A program made the position numbers and the translations under genes. The notes below the pieces were generated by a model. It was given only the letters and a program-made list of their open reading frames with translations. It had not been told where the DNA came from and searched no databases. From Bacteroidales bacterium (GTDB lineage: Bacteria > Bacteroidota > Bacteroidia > Bacteroidales > UBA7960): DNA of 64,000 nt. The stretch is from NCBI GenBank assembly GCA_003559735.1, contig PWKN01000072.1, forward strand, positions 18,382-82,381, in the 5' to 3' direction. Below are positions 49,813-59,339 of this stretch, in pieces (position 1 is the first letter of the stretch; every line of letters begins with the position of its first letter).

Positions 49813-50223
49813 CTATTGTCTTCTGATCGTTCTGAGGGAAGCAATATGGGTGGTAACACCAATAGCGATTACCAGCAACACCAGACGCACCCACAGCAGA
49901 TCCACCGCAAACACGGCAGAGATGGTAATGGTGATCCAGAGCAGTGATATTGAGCCCACTTTGACCTTTTTTGTGGTCCCTCCATGGTCGCGGTAGTTGC
50001 GAATATGTTCTCCAAAAATCCGGTGATTCAGCAACCAGTTATAGAAACGTTCAGAACTACGCGCATAGCAATAGGCCGAGAGCAGCAGGAAAGGGGTTGT
50101 AGGCAGCAATGGCAGCGGAATACCCAACAAACCGAGTCCCAGGCTGACGGTACCCGCCATCAGGAACAGAAACCGCCGGATGCGGTTCGATTGTCTGCCA
50201 AACGTAGGTTCTTCCTGGGTCAT
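49813..50223 (-). CDS. ybaN: DUF454 (YbaN) family inner-membrane protein
   Basis: RFLFLMAGTVSLGLGLLGIPLPLLPTTPFLLLSAYCYARSSERFYNWLLNHRIFGEHI. The start is at an internal ATG (50221-50223). Confidence 0.8.
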   Translation of the reverse strand: MTQEEPTFGRQSNRIRRFLFLMAGTVSLGLGLLGIPLPLLPTTPFLLLSAYCYARSSERFYNWLLNHRIFGEHIRNYRDHGGTTKKVKVGSISLLWITITISAVFAVDLLWVRLVLLVIAIGVTTHIASLRTIRRQ

Positions 50224-50259
50224 GTGCTTGTCTCCATACTTGCAAAAGACATTTTCATT

Positions 50260-50267
50260 TACCTTTG
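50260..50267 (+). promoter_or_regulatory. candidate -7 box TACCTTTG for the hydrolase gene
   Basis: TAnnTTTG match 36 nt upstream of the ATG at 50303. Confidence 0.45.
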
Positions 50268-50302
50268 CAAAAAGGTGCAAATATCGCAAATAAATCCTGA
50301 CC

Positions 50303-51250
50303 ATGGAGCAACGCTTGGTAAATGAGCACACATTTTATTTGAGCAGTTCAACCCATTTCCGTTTTTTTATACGCCACATATCCCCTGTGGGCGGAGAAAC
50401 AAAGGGAATTGTATTGATCATACCGGGCATGGCAGAGCATACAGGCAGGTACAATGATTTTGCGAATTTTCTTGCCATGCATGCCTATGCCGTTTATTCA
50501 CTGGATCATCCCGGACAGGGGCAGACGGCGGGCAGTGTTCAGGAAGCCGGTCATATCGACAAGAAAAGGGGATGGCAGATCATGCTGGAGAATGTCCGCG
50601 CGCTATACACATCAATCAGGAAAAGTCAGCCCGAACTCCCGGTTTTTGTTTTCGGTCACAGCATGGGTTCAATTCTTGCACGCCATTTCACTGCTTTGTA
50701 CCCTGTGTATATCCAGGGCCTGATCCTTTCAGGCAGCTTCATGATGCCTTCTTTCCCCCTCGCTCTTCTCCTGAACATGATGCGACTGAAGATCCTTTTT
50801 GAAGGGTCCGGAAAAAAAAGCACATGGTTTAACAAATTGTTTTACTGGAACTTTAACAGGCATTTTCATCCCCGTCCCACCCGGTTTGAATGGATCTCGT
50901 CTGACAGGAATGAAGCTGATGCCTATGCTGGCGACCCTTATTGTGGGTTTTTTTACTCAAACGGTTTTTACCGCAATCTGCTCAAAGGCATTGCTGCAAC
51001 TAAGAATGCAGAAAAGCTGCTTACATACCGGAAATCCCTTCCGGTGCTTATTATGAGTGGCAATGAAGACCCTGTAGGCCGTTCAGGAAAGGACGCAGTA
51101 AAACTGCACAAGGAATTTTTCAAGCAGAATTATCAGAACCTCTCATTAAAGATATTCCCCGGACGGCACGAATTGCTTCATGAGAAAAACAAAGAAGCTG
51201 TTTTCCATTATATACTTCAGTGGCTGGATGAAAGCATGGAGATCAAATAG
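50303..51250 (+). CDS. alpha/beta hydrolase (lysophospholipase / monoacylglycerol lipase-like)
   Basis: 315 aa with a GHSMGS nucleophile elbow and HPGQG upstream. Confidence 0.8.
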   Translation: MEQRLVNEHTFYLSSSTHFRFFIRHISPVGGETKGIVLIIPGMAEHTGRYNDFANFLAMHAYAVYSLDHPGQGQTAGSVQEAGHIDKKRGWQIMLENVRALYTSIRKSQPELPVFVFGHSMGSILARHFTALYPVYIQGLILSGSFMMPSFPLALLLNMMRLKILFEGSGKKSTWFNKLFYWNFNRHFHPRPTRFEWISSDRNEADAYAGDPYCGFFYSNGFYRNLLKGIAATKNAEKLLTYRKSLPVLIMSGNEDPVGRSGKDAVKLHKEFFKQNYQNLSLKIFPGRHELLHEKNKEAVFHYILQWLDESMEIK

Positions 51251-51284
51251 TGTCTGTCTCTGCCATCCCGTTTCTGCGTTATGC
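51250..51284 (+). repeat. 35-nt A-poor intergenic repeat, copy B (GTGTCTGTCTCTGCCATCCCGTTTCTGCGTTATGC)
   Basis: It fills the 28-nt convergent gap between the hydrolase stop (TAG 51248-51250) and the usp stop (51279-51281). Confidence 0.8.
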
Positions 51285-52391
51285 CCTGAAGATCAACAAC
51301 GGAATGGTACCCTGGTAGATCAGTTTGCGGGTAATGTCGGGATTGAATAACCGTGCAAGCAGACCGCGCTTACGGTTTACCATTGAGAATATGTCAATCT
51401 GATGTTTTTCGACAAATGACTCCAGGGCTTCGATATCGTCTTCTCCCTCCAGCATATGGCAATGCACTTCTATCCCCTTGTGCACCTTTCTGAAATAGTC
51501 CTTCACATTGTCCATTTTCAACTCATCCCAGGTTTTTGGGGTATTTTTTGATAAATGAATGCAATGGATTTTCACTTTGAATTCAGACACGATGGACAGA
51601 AGACGGCGAATGGCCACGAAATCGGAATCGTCAAAGTCGGTAGCATAGGCAATGTTTTTCACCTGTTTTGTATGGTCGTATGCTGACTGTTCGGGAATGG
51701 CCAGTACCGGGACCCTTGTACGGTCAAGTACACGGTACACAACGCTTCCAATAATATCGCTCTGCTTCTCTCCTTTCCCTTTTGTCCCCACAACAATGAT
51801 CCCCGGCTTATAGTCCTTTGCCATCCTGGCGATCTCATCTTCAATGATGCCTTCCCTTAGTGAATATCCGATCTTCACTTTGTCCATCTCATTATCCATC
51901 GCCTCCTTTTTGATATCATTGACAAAAGACAGCAGCGCCTTTCGCGCATTGCTTTCCATTTCCCGCAGATTGATGTCCATATCCACCTGGATGCTGTAAG
52001 CATCGGTTATAGGGACCAGGTCAACGATGGGGGCATAGTAGACATGCAGGATCTTGATATCGGCTTTCAGTTTCCGGGCGATATTGAGCGCATACAGGCA
52101 GGCATTTTTTGAATATTCTGAAAAGTCAACGGGGACAAGTATACGTCTTATGTCACGCGGGTTTTTACGGTCAGCGTCGGCTTGTTCCGTTTTCCACTGG
52201 TTCATCAGCCGGAGGGCCTGCTCCACATCTGAGGATTTGATCTGTATTTTCACCCCTTCTGATGGGTCGCCCTGTATAACATTGACATTACTCAAATGGC
52301 ATTCAATACCGGCATCCTCCAGCCGGACTTTCAAAATTTCGGCCGATGTGTAATGGTCGGTGGCCAAAGTGATGAGTTCTTCTTCTTTCAT
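51279..52391 (-). CDS. universal stress protein (tandem UspA domains) with an N-terminal DUF2007-like domain
   Basis: After the N-terminal domain MKEEELITLATDHYTSAEILKVRLEDAGIECHLS... there are two Usp-like halves (RILVPVDFSEYS..., GSVVYRVLDRTRVPVLAIP). The start is trimmed from the TTG at 52523. Confidence 0.75.
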   Translation of the reverse strand: MKEEELITLATDHYTSAEILKVRLEDAGIECHLSNVNVIQGDPSEGVKIQIKSSDVEQALRLMNQWKTEQADADRKNPRDIRRILVPVDFSEYSKNACLYALNIARKLKADIKILHVYYAPIVDLVPITDAYSIQVDMDINLREMESNARKALLSFVNDIKKEAMDNEMDKVKIGYSLREGIIEDEIARMAKDYKPGIIVVGTKGKGEKQSDIIGSVVYRVLDRTRVPVLAIPEQSAYDHTKQVKNIAYATDFDDSDFVAIRRLLSIVSEFKVKIHCIHLSKNTPKTWDELKMDNVKDYFRKVHKGIEVHCHMLEGEDDIEALESFVEKHQIDIFSMVNRKRGLLARLFNPDITRKLIYQGTIPLLIFRA

Positions 52392-52534
52392 AGGCGTTGT
52401 TTTTTTTAATTCCAATACCCCAACCTGTGTGTCATAATGCATCAGAGAGAGCAGCCAGATCGGAAAAGTTTGATAAATATACAAAAAGGATTCCTTTTTT
52501 GCAAGTTTGCCTGGAAACGTCAAACTTATCCCGC

Positions 52535-53932
52535 TCAGAAGTAGTACACTGCCGTCAACAACAGCCGGGTATTATCCACTTCACTATGATTCTTCACCCT
52601 CCCCTGGTTACCGGGTTCTCCATAAGCGGCAACTGTATATATGATTTCAGCACACAGCGCCAGATTCCCGGAAGTGATCGTTGCCGATGGTGCAACACGC
52701 CAGAGATAGGCAATATCAGTACCAAGTCCGTAGTAACTTCCCTCCACCTGGCCACTGGCCCCAAAGTTGCGTGAATAGCCAAGAAAAAGATTTCCTGCCA
52801 CACGATCACCAACCCTGATATTTGTCCATGCCGACAGATGATTCAGTGGTGTGTACGAATAAGTGCCGGTCGCCTGATCATATTGCCCCTCAGCATAACC
52901 ACCCAGCAACATATGTTCGCTCAGATTTTGCCCGTATATCACCTTGGCCCTGATGTCGGCCAGCTGGTACCTGTACCGGCCGTATCCCATCAGTGCGTAT
53001 GTGCCAAGGGTTTCATCCGTATAGAAACCATCATTGGTTTGCCGCCTTGGCCTGATCGTTTTATAGTCGCCTGCAAGTCCCAATGTGGTTTGGCCCTGTT
53101 GCCAGGTCCATTGCACATGCGCGTTGGGCACTGTACCGTGACGAATGTAATCAGGTGATCTTCCCAGCGGACCATCACTGGCCATGTCGCGCTGGGCAAC
53201 AAGGGAAGCCATCCATCGCGAGCGGCCGTATTGATAGGTCAGGGTTGCCTGCGGATTCCGGATGAAGGGTTGAAAGGGTGCGCCAAAGTTCAGCGATCCT
53301 ACGGCTGGTACTACATCGGCACCAAACAAAGGGTGCCACCACTGTCCGACCATCAGCCCCACCCTTTCCCACTGCAAATTAATAAATCCGTGCCTCAGTC
53401 GCAGTCCGTTGATTTGGGCATCGGTAACCCCCGTAAAATCAGCTTCGACCAACCCGGTGAGCCTGGCACCAAAGGCATCGGGACCCTCCATATGCAACGT
53501 GACCCTTGATGCAATGGCCGAAAAACCAAATACCGGATCGCCGTGTATGTCCTTTCCATTGGCATCGGGCATGCGGTTAGCCGGATAGAGCAAAAATATG
53601 TCCTCCCTGGCAGCCACCACCGAGCGACTGTCGATCCAGTAATCCGTACGCAAAAATCCCGATACCCTTAAGGAGAATCCACGTTCTTCCTGGTCTTCCC
53701 GGGCGTCATCGCCTGCATTGGCAGCAGCTGCAGACGAGAACACAGGCAACAACAGACCTGCCAGTACTGTGCAAAGAAAAAGCAACAACGGTCCTGTTCT
53801 GTTGCTTCCCCTGGCAGGTGCAACGATCGTACCTTTATGGTCTTCAAACGCCGGGCATTTCGGCGCGCTGGTTTGATCCCACAGGGAGATCTTGAATTTA
53901 TTGTGAAGGGGGGACAATAAGTTTGTTTGCAT
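52535..53932 (-). CDS. putative outer-membrane beta-barrel porin (start uncertain)
   Basis: It ends ...LLLTAVYYF (aromatic OMP terminus) and has an alternating-strand pattern. The signal-like LLLFLCTVLAGLLLPVFSSAAAANA lies ~50 aa after the nearest ATG, so the true start may be a non-ATG codon. Confidence 0.55.
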   Translation of the reverse strand: MQTNLLSPLHNKFKISLWDQTSAPKCPAFEDHKGTIVAPARGSNRTGPLLLFLCTVLAGLLLPVFSSAAAANAGDDAREDQEERGFSLRVSGFLRTDYWIDSRSVVAAREDIFLLYPANRMPDANGKDIHGDPVFGFSAIASRVTLHMEGPDAFGARLTGLVEADFTGVTDAQINGLRLRHGFINLQWERVGLMVGQWWHPLFGADVVPAVGSLNFGAPFQPFIRNPQATLTYQYGRSRWMASLVAQRDMASDGPLGRSPDYIRHGTVPNAHVQWTWQQGQTTLGLAGDYKTIRPRRQTNDGFYTDETLGTYALMGYGRYRYQLADIRAKVIYGQNLSEHMLLGGYAEGQYDQATGTYSYTPLNHLSAWTNIRVGDRVAGNLFLGYSRNFGASGQVEGSYYGLGTDIAYLWRVAPSATITSGNLALCAEIIYTVAAYGEPGNQGRVKNHSEVDNTRLLLTAVYYF

Positions 53933-54022
53933 GCGCTTCAATTTTTTAACCAACGGAAGGAAAAAAACAGGTTGGTCTATTGCTGATGATCGCATTTTCT
54001 TCCCGGTTATTGGCTATGTTTG

Positions 54023-55474
54023 CTATTTGGTCTGCTTTTCTTTTCCGTTCCCTGTAAAAAGACTCACCAGCGGGTTAAGTGCCAGCGAAGAGATCATGCC
54101 AATGGTTCCGGCCTGTGGTGATGGAACACCGCCGGCATATAGTACCAGGCATATGAACAATCCACCTGTTCCCGACGCAATGGCCCCGCTCCTGTTTACT
54201 CGTTTACTGTAAAGGCCCCATACAAAAGGCCCAAGGAAGAAGGAACCCAGGGCGCCCCAGGAAATACCAAGGATCATCACGATGCTGTCGATGTTGAGGT
54301 AAGCCAGTACGACGGACAACAATATGAAAACGGCGCTCATTATCCGCATCATCAAGGTAAGCGTGCTGTCTTTCATCTGCTTATGGATAAACCCATGATA
54401 AAAGTCCTTCACAAAAGTTGAACCCGACACCAGGACAAGCGCAGCCAGTGTCGACATGGATGCCGACAGTATCAGAAGCAATATGATGACACTGAGTGAC
54501 ACAGGCACCACATTGGTCAGCAGTTCAGGCATGAGAATATCGTAAATGGGAGCACCGGAGGCATCAAAGGCAGCGGGTGTCTTTTCCGGACCAAGAAACA
54601 CCCTTGAAGTGGCACCGATAAAATATGCTACGCCTCCGATCAGTATGGCAAAGATGGTAGAGGCGATCATCCCTCTTTTTACTGTGGCCTTGTCTCTTAT
54701 GGCAAAAAATTTTTGTGCCAGCTGTGGCATGGCAAATGGCGCCATGCTTGTCAGCAGGACCAGTGACAGCAAAGGCCACCATCCCGGCGGTCCCACAGCC
54801 TCTGTCAGTCCTGCATCTATGTCGCGCAACGCCAGCGTTATTTGCGTTAGTCCGCCACCCTGGTGCACCGTACTGAAAAACAAAATGATGACACTGACAG
54901 CCATGATGATACCAAAGATCATATCGATCCGCGCCATCGACTTATAACCACCCAGCACCATATAGAGTGCGGTGAAGAATCCCATGAAAGCCAGGGCATG
55001 CCAATATTCCAGGTTGAAGTTGGAAGTAAACAGATAGGACAGACCCATAAATACTGCTGCTGTGTAGGGGATCATGAATACAAAGATCACCAGGCTGGCC
55101 ACCAGTTTCAGCTCGGGCGACCCATAGCGTTTATTAAGGAACTCAGGTATTGTATGGACATTCATTTTTGTTGCTGTCTCCTTGAGGCGCATTCCCACAA
55201 GCCGCCAGACAAGCAGTACCCCGATCAGGGCGTTCATCAGGGCAATCCATAAACCTGAGTAGCCAAAGTTCCATCCAATGTTTCCGGCAAAGCCAATGAA
55301 CAGCACCGCGCTAAAATAGGCTGTACCATAGGAAAACGCTGTCATCCACGATCCCACGTTGCCACCCCCGAGATAAAAGTCATTGAACGTTTTTGTGCCC
55401 CGAAAACCCCGTATACCAATCCACACGATCATCAGTGCATAGAGTGAAAGAACTATTATCCGTATGGTCATCAT
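54023..55474 (-). CDS. sodium:solute symporter (SSS) family transporter
   Basis: 483 aa with about 13 TM segments and an SSS-like N-terminal region (FYLGGGNVGSWMTAFSYGTAYFSAV). Confidence 0.8.
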   Translation of the reverse strand: MMTIRIIVLSLYALMIVWIGIRGFRGTKTFNDFYLGGGNVGSWMTAFSYGTAYFSAVLFIGFAGNIGWNFGYSGLWIALMNALIGVLLVWRLVGMRLKETATKMNVHTIPEFLNKRYGSPELKLVASLVIFVFMIPYTAAVFMGLSYLFTSNFNLEYWHALAFMGFFTALYMVLGGYKSMARIDMIFGIIMAVSVIILFFSTVHQGGGLTQITLALRDIDAGLTEAVGPPGWWPLLSLVLLTSMAPFAMPQLAQKFFAIRDKATVKRGMIASTIFAILIGGVAYFIGATSRVFLGPEKTPAAFDASGAPIYDILMPELLTNVVPVSLSVIILLLILSASMSTLAALVLVSGSTFVKDFYHGFIHKQMKDSTLTLMMRIMSAVFILLSVVLAYLNIDSIVMILGISWGALGSFFLGPFVWGLYSKRVNRSGAIASGTGGLFICLVLYAGGVPSPQAGTIGMISSLALNPLVSLFTGNGKEKQTK

Positions 55475-55570
55475 AAGTGCATATTAATTGGACAAACAGT
55501 TATCTTGTTTTTACCTGCATCCATAATAAAGGTTATGGACAACAGATAAAAGGATGGCCAGTGCGGTCTT

Positions 55571-57628
55571 TTACCTGATGATGTTGATACGGGCATCAAC
55601 AGCCACTACCTGGTCATTCTTTGCCAGCAAAGGGTTCAGGTCCATTTCAAAGATCTCCGGTGCGACCTCCATCAATGCGGACAGCCGGACAAGGATGTCG
55701 GCAAAAACCGCTGCATCAACACCTGGTTGTCCGCGAACCCCATCGAGTATGGCCTTCCCCTTCAGACTGCTGATCATTTCCATTGCTTCATCGCTGTTAA
55801 CGGGACACAAGCTGGCAGCAACGTCCTTCAATACCTCAATGAGCACGCCACCCATGCCACAAAGCACCATATGTCCGAATACATCTTCCCTTTTGGTACC
55901 GGCAAACAGTTCGATCCCACTGACCATAGGTTGTATCAGCACCCCTTTTGCATCTTTTAGCTGCATCATGCGCAAAAATGTCTCTGAAACAGCTTTTTTG
56001 TCCGCGATACCCAGTGCAACCCCCCCTACGTCAGACTTATGCACAGGTCCGACCACTTTCATGGCCAGGGGGTATCCCAGTTCTTCAGCTGCATCAACTG
56101 CTTTCTCAGCCGTATCAGCAATCCGTTCCTGCACCCTTGGGATCCCGGCAGCATCCAGCAGCACCTGTACATCGCGGGGCGCGAGATAGCCATCGGATGA
56201 AGCGTCAATTACCTTGCGTATTCTTTCTTCATCTACCGGAGGATGCGTGGCCATTGTCACAGACGGCTCCGGAGTATTGTACACCCTTGTCAGTGCATTG
56301 CCGAGGACCACCTCATCAGGAAAGGTTGCACGCCCTTTGGCAATGAATGCATCCACTTCCTCCTTTGCTGTCAGGGTACTTGGAAGCACAGGGTATACCG
56401 GCTTTTTACAGCTGCGTATCCTCTGTTCCAGCAAGTCATATACATCAAACACGGGAAATAGTCCGGCCGTACCAAAGATTACCACCATGCCATCTATGTG
56501 GTGGAAGTGTTTTTCTGTATAGTCGATGACAATACCCAGTTGTTCTGCCGTACCTGTAGCCAGGAAGTCGATCGGGTTTGCCACCGAAGAGCCCGGGAAC
56601 AGATGTTCGAGCAGTTCCTGTGCCGCCTGACCCTCGATGGGAGGAACTGCAAGTCCCCCTTTTTCAAGGGCATCGGTCAGCATCACCGCCGGTCCGCCTG
56701 CATGCGTGATCACGGCCAGGTTTTTTCCCTTCAACGGCGGATAGGAAAATACCGTTGCCACGGCGATCAGTTCTTCCCGGCTGTGGCAACGGACAATGCC
56801 GGCTTTTCGAAAAAGGGCATCCACTGCCACGTCCGGACTCGCAAGGGCTCCTGTGTGTGATGATGCTGCCCGGCTGCCGGCCTCTGAACTTCCAGCTTTT
56901 ACCGCAGCAATCCTGCACCCCTTACGGATCAGGGATGAAGCGTGATGCAGGAGCATATGCGGACGTTCAATGTGTTCTATATAGAGCAACTTGGTCCGTG
57001 CACTGTAAACCGGATCGAAAGACTCGTCCCAATACTTCACTACGTCCTCAACCCCGGTCTGTGCACTGTTACCCACTGAAAAGACACTGGCAAAAGTGAG
57101 TCCTTTGGGAATGCCTGTTTCCATTACAAAGCATGCAGTAGCGCCAGACCCTGAAACAAAATCACACCCACTGCTATCCAGCCTGGGAATGGGCCGGGTA
57201 AAAACACTGTGGTGCGCAGGTGTGAGCACACCAATACAATTGGGTCCGATAAGCACCCCTTGCACACTGTTAACAATATCAACCATTTGTCTTTCAAGGG
57301 CAGCACCTGCTTCGCTCTCCTCACTGAATCCGGCCGATAAAACAATGAATGCACGGGTGCCTTTTTGGCGGGCCAGCACTTCGATGGTATCCGGAACGAG
57401 TGGCGCAGCGATGGCAATAATCGCCAGGTCAGTGTGCGGAAGATCAGCCACATCGCTATGGCTTTTTATACCCTGAATTTCTTTTTTTCCTGGATTTGTC
57501 ACGAACAATTTCCCGGCATAGTTGCCGTCGATTAGGTTTTTCAACACCTTTCCGCCTGGTTTGGCGGTGTTGTCAGATCCTCCCACTACGACAATGCTCC
57601 CGGGATCAGTCAATGCCTTGTTGATCAT
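55571..57628 (-). CDS. acetate--CoA ligase (ADP-forming) family protein (CoA-binding + ATP-grasp fusion)
   Basis: MINKALTDPGSIVVVGGSDNTAKPGGKVLKNL (CoA-binding), a succinyl-CoA-synthetase-like middle domain and a C-terminal ATP-grasp (YPLAMKVVGPVHKSDVGGV). The start is trimmed from the track ORF (57829). Confidence 0.8.
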   Translation of the reverse strand: MINKALTDPGSIVVVGGSDNTAKPGGKVLKNLIDGNYAGKLFVTNPGKKEIQGIKSHSDVADLPHTDLAIIAIAAPLVPDTIEVLARQKGTRAFIVLSAGFSEESEAGAALERQMVDIVNSVQGVLIGPNCIGVLTPAHHSVFTRPIPRLDSSGCDFVSGSGATACFVMETGIPKGLTFASVFSVGNSAQTGVEDVVKYWDESFDPVYSARTKLLYIEHIERPHMLLHHASSLIRKGCRIAAVKAGSSEAGSRAASSHTGALASPDVAVDALFRKAGIVRCHSREELIAVATVFSYPPLKGKNLAVITHAGGPAVMLTDALEKGGLAVPPIEGQAAQELLEHLFPGSSVANPIDFLATGTAEQLGIVIDYTEKHFHHIDGMVVIFGTAGLFPVFDVYDLLEQRIRSCKKPVYPVLPSTLTAKEEVDAFIAKGRATFPDEVVLGNALTRVYNTPEPSVTMATHPPVDEERIRKVIDASSDGYLAPRDVQVLLDAAGIPRVQERIADTAEKAVDAAEELGYPLAMKVVGPVHKSDVGGVALGIADKKAVSETFLRMMQLKDAKGVLIQPMVSGIELFAGTKREDVFGHMVLCGMGGVLIEVLKDVAASLCPVNSDEAMEMISSLKGKAILDGVRGQPGVDAAVFADILVRLSALMEVAPEIFEMDLNPLLAKNDQVVAVDARINIIR

Positions 57629-57839
57629 ACGCTGGTGTTTGTTGTCAATGTTCACAAAAATGGTTCGAATATATAGAATATAACCGACATAACATGCATT
57701 ATTCACAAAATGCAAACGAAAAGCAGTCAGTGACACGGAAAAAAATGATATTTTCGCATCAGTCTGCCGGTCACCGCCCGGGATAAAAGAAACGGTTCTT
57801 TGGGTGCAGGCAGACAAGACAGAACACAATCATTTGATC

Positions 57840-58505
57840 ATGCGCAAGAAAGAAAGGTTTGCATACGTATTGCATTATTTTGCGACCCATCAGCCTGTGG
57901 CCGAAACCGAGCTGCATTACAGCGATCCCTACCAGCTGCTGGTCGCGGTCATTTTATCAGCACAATGCACCGATAAGCGGGTAAACATGATCACGCCAGC
58001 ATTCTTTGCACGTTTTCCTGAAGCCGAAGCACTTGCAGGGGCTACACACGAAGAGGTGTTTGCACTGATAAAAAGTTGCTCATACCCGAATAACAAGAGC
58101 CGCAGCCTGTTAGGAATGGCCCGGATGCTTACGAACGATTATGGCGGTATTGTTCCTGATGAGGTAAATGAGCTGGTAAAGCTGCCAGGTGTGGGTCGCA
58201 AAACCGCCAATGTAATTGCTTCGGTTGTGTATAAAAAACCAGCCCTGGCCGTCGACACCCATGTTTTTCGTGTGGCCGCGCGCATCGGGCTCACCACAGG
58301 TGCAAAAACACCTTTAGAGACAGAAAAGCAACTGCTGAAACACATTCCCGAACACCAGGCAGCAATCGCCCACCACTGGCTGATCCTGCATGGCCGCTAC
58401 ATATGCCAGTCGCGCAAACCAAAGTGCCCCATTTGTCCGCTTACAACCGCGTGCAGGTACTTTACCAAAAATTCAGGGTCAGATAAACACACAAAGCAAC
58501 GATAA
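57840..58505 (+). CDS. nth: endonuclease III
   Basis: HhH-GPD (LPGVGRKTANV) and a C-terminal 4Fe-4S loop CQSRKPKCPICPLTTAC. Confidence 0.9.
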   Translation: MRKKERFAYVLHYFATHQPVAETELHYSDPYQLLVAVILSAQCTDKRVNMITPAFFARFPEAEALAGATHEEVFALIKSCSYPNNKSRSLLGMARMLTNDYGGIVPDEVNELVKLPGVGRKTANVIASVVYKKPALAVDTHVFRVAARIGLTTGAKTPLETEKQLLKHIPEHQAAIAHHWLILHGRYICQSRKPKCPICPLTTACRYFTKNSGSDKHTKQR

Positions 58506-58725
58506 CATACCAACACTGTTGTTGTATGTCCTGTTTGCCAGGGAGCAAACGGCAACTGAACAAACCCTGTAAATATATGTTTATATTGCCATATGAACCG
58601 GGCACTGCCAATAAGCTGACAAGCGAAGAAATGAGTATGCAATGGTGCGCTCCGGCTGACATTGATCAAAAAAAATAAGTCACATACACATTAGACCTTA
58701 TACAGTAACATAAAAATCAAACAGT

Positions 58726-59178
58726 ATGACCAAACTAAAATCAGGCGACAAAGCCCCCGGTTTCAAAGGCATTGACCAGGATGGCAACCCCATATCCCTG
58801 GAAAGCTTCAAAGGACAAAAGCTGGTGTTGTACTTTTACCCGAAAGACAATACACCGGGTTGTACTTCACAGGCCTGCAACCTGCGCGATAATTACGATC
58901 TGCTGCTTAGGGAAGGCTATAAAGTGGTTGGCGTGAGTGCCGACAGCGAAGCATCGCACAAAAAATTCATCGAAAAGCACCAATTGCCTTTCCCGTTGAT
59001 TGCCGATACCGACAAGACAATCCTGAAGGCATATGATGTTTGGGGTCCCAAAAAATTTATGGGGCGGGAGTTTTTGGGCATCAACCGGACCACTTTTGTT
59101 ATTGGTGAAGACGGAACAATAGAGGAGGTGATCGAAAAAGTAAAGACAAAAGACCACACAGCACAGATTGTGAAATAG
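58726..59178 (+). CDS. bcp: thioredoxin-dependent thiol peroxidase (Bcp / PrxQ)
   Basis: LVLYFYPKDNTPGCTSQAC active-site context; 150 aa. Confidence 0.9.
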   Translation: MTKLKSGDKAPGFKGIDQDGNPISLESFKGQKLVLYFYPKDNTPGCTSQACNLRDNYDLLLREGYKVVGVSADSEASHKKFIEKHQLPFPLIADTDKTILKAYDVWGPKKFMGREFLGINRTTFVIGEDGTIEEVIEKVKTKDHTAQIVK

Positions 59179-59204
59179 TGTTTGTCTGTGCTTTTGTTGT
59201 TTGC

Positions 59205-59236
59205 ACCGCAGGAGGAATCTCTTGCGGTTTTTTTAT
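59205..59236 (+). terminator. rho-independent terminator after bcp
   Basis: ACCGCAGGAG-gaat-CTCTTGCGGT (10 bp with one G-U pair) followed by TTTTTTT. Confidence 0.8.
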
Positions 59237-59286
59237 TTATGAGCCGGTTACTGACCCGTTTTGCCGTGAAAACAGATAGAAATTAG

Positions 59287-59294
59287 TACTTTTG
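59287..59294 (+). promoter_or_regulatory. candidate -7 box TACTTTTG for pepD
   Basis: TAnnTTTG match 46 nt upstream of the ATG at 59340. Confidence 0.45.
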
Positions 59295-59339
59295 TTTGCA
59301 ATCATCATTCTTTTACCAACCAAAGAAACCAAAACATTT

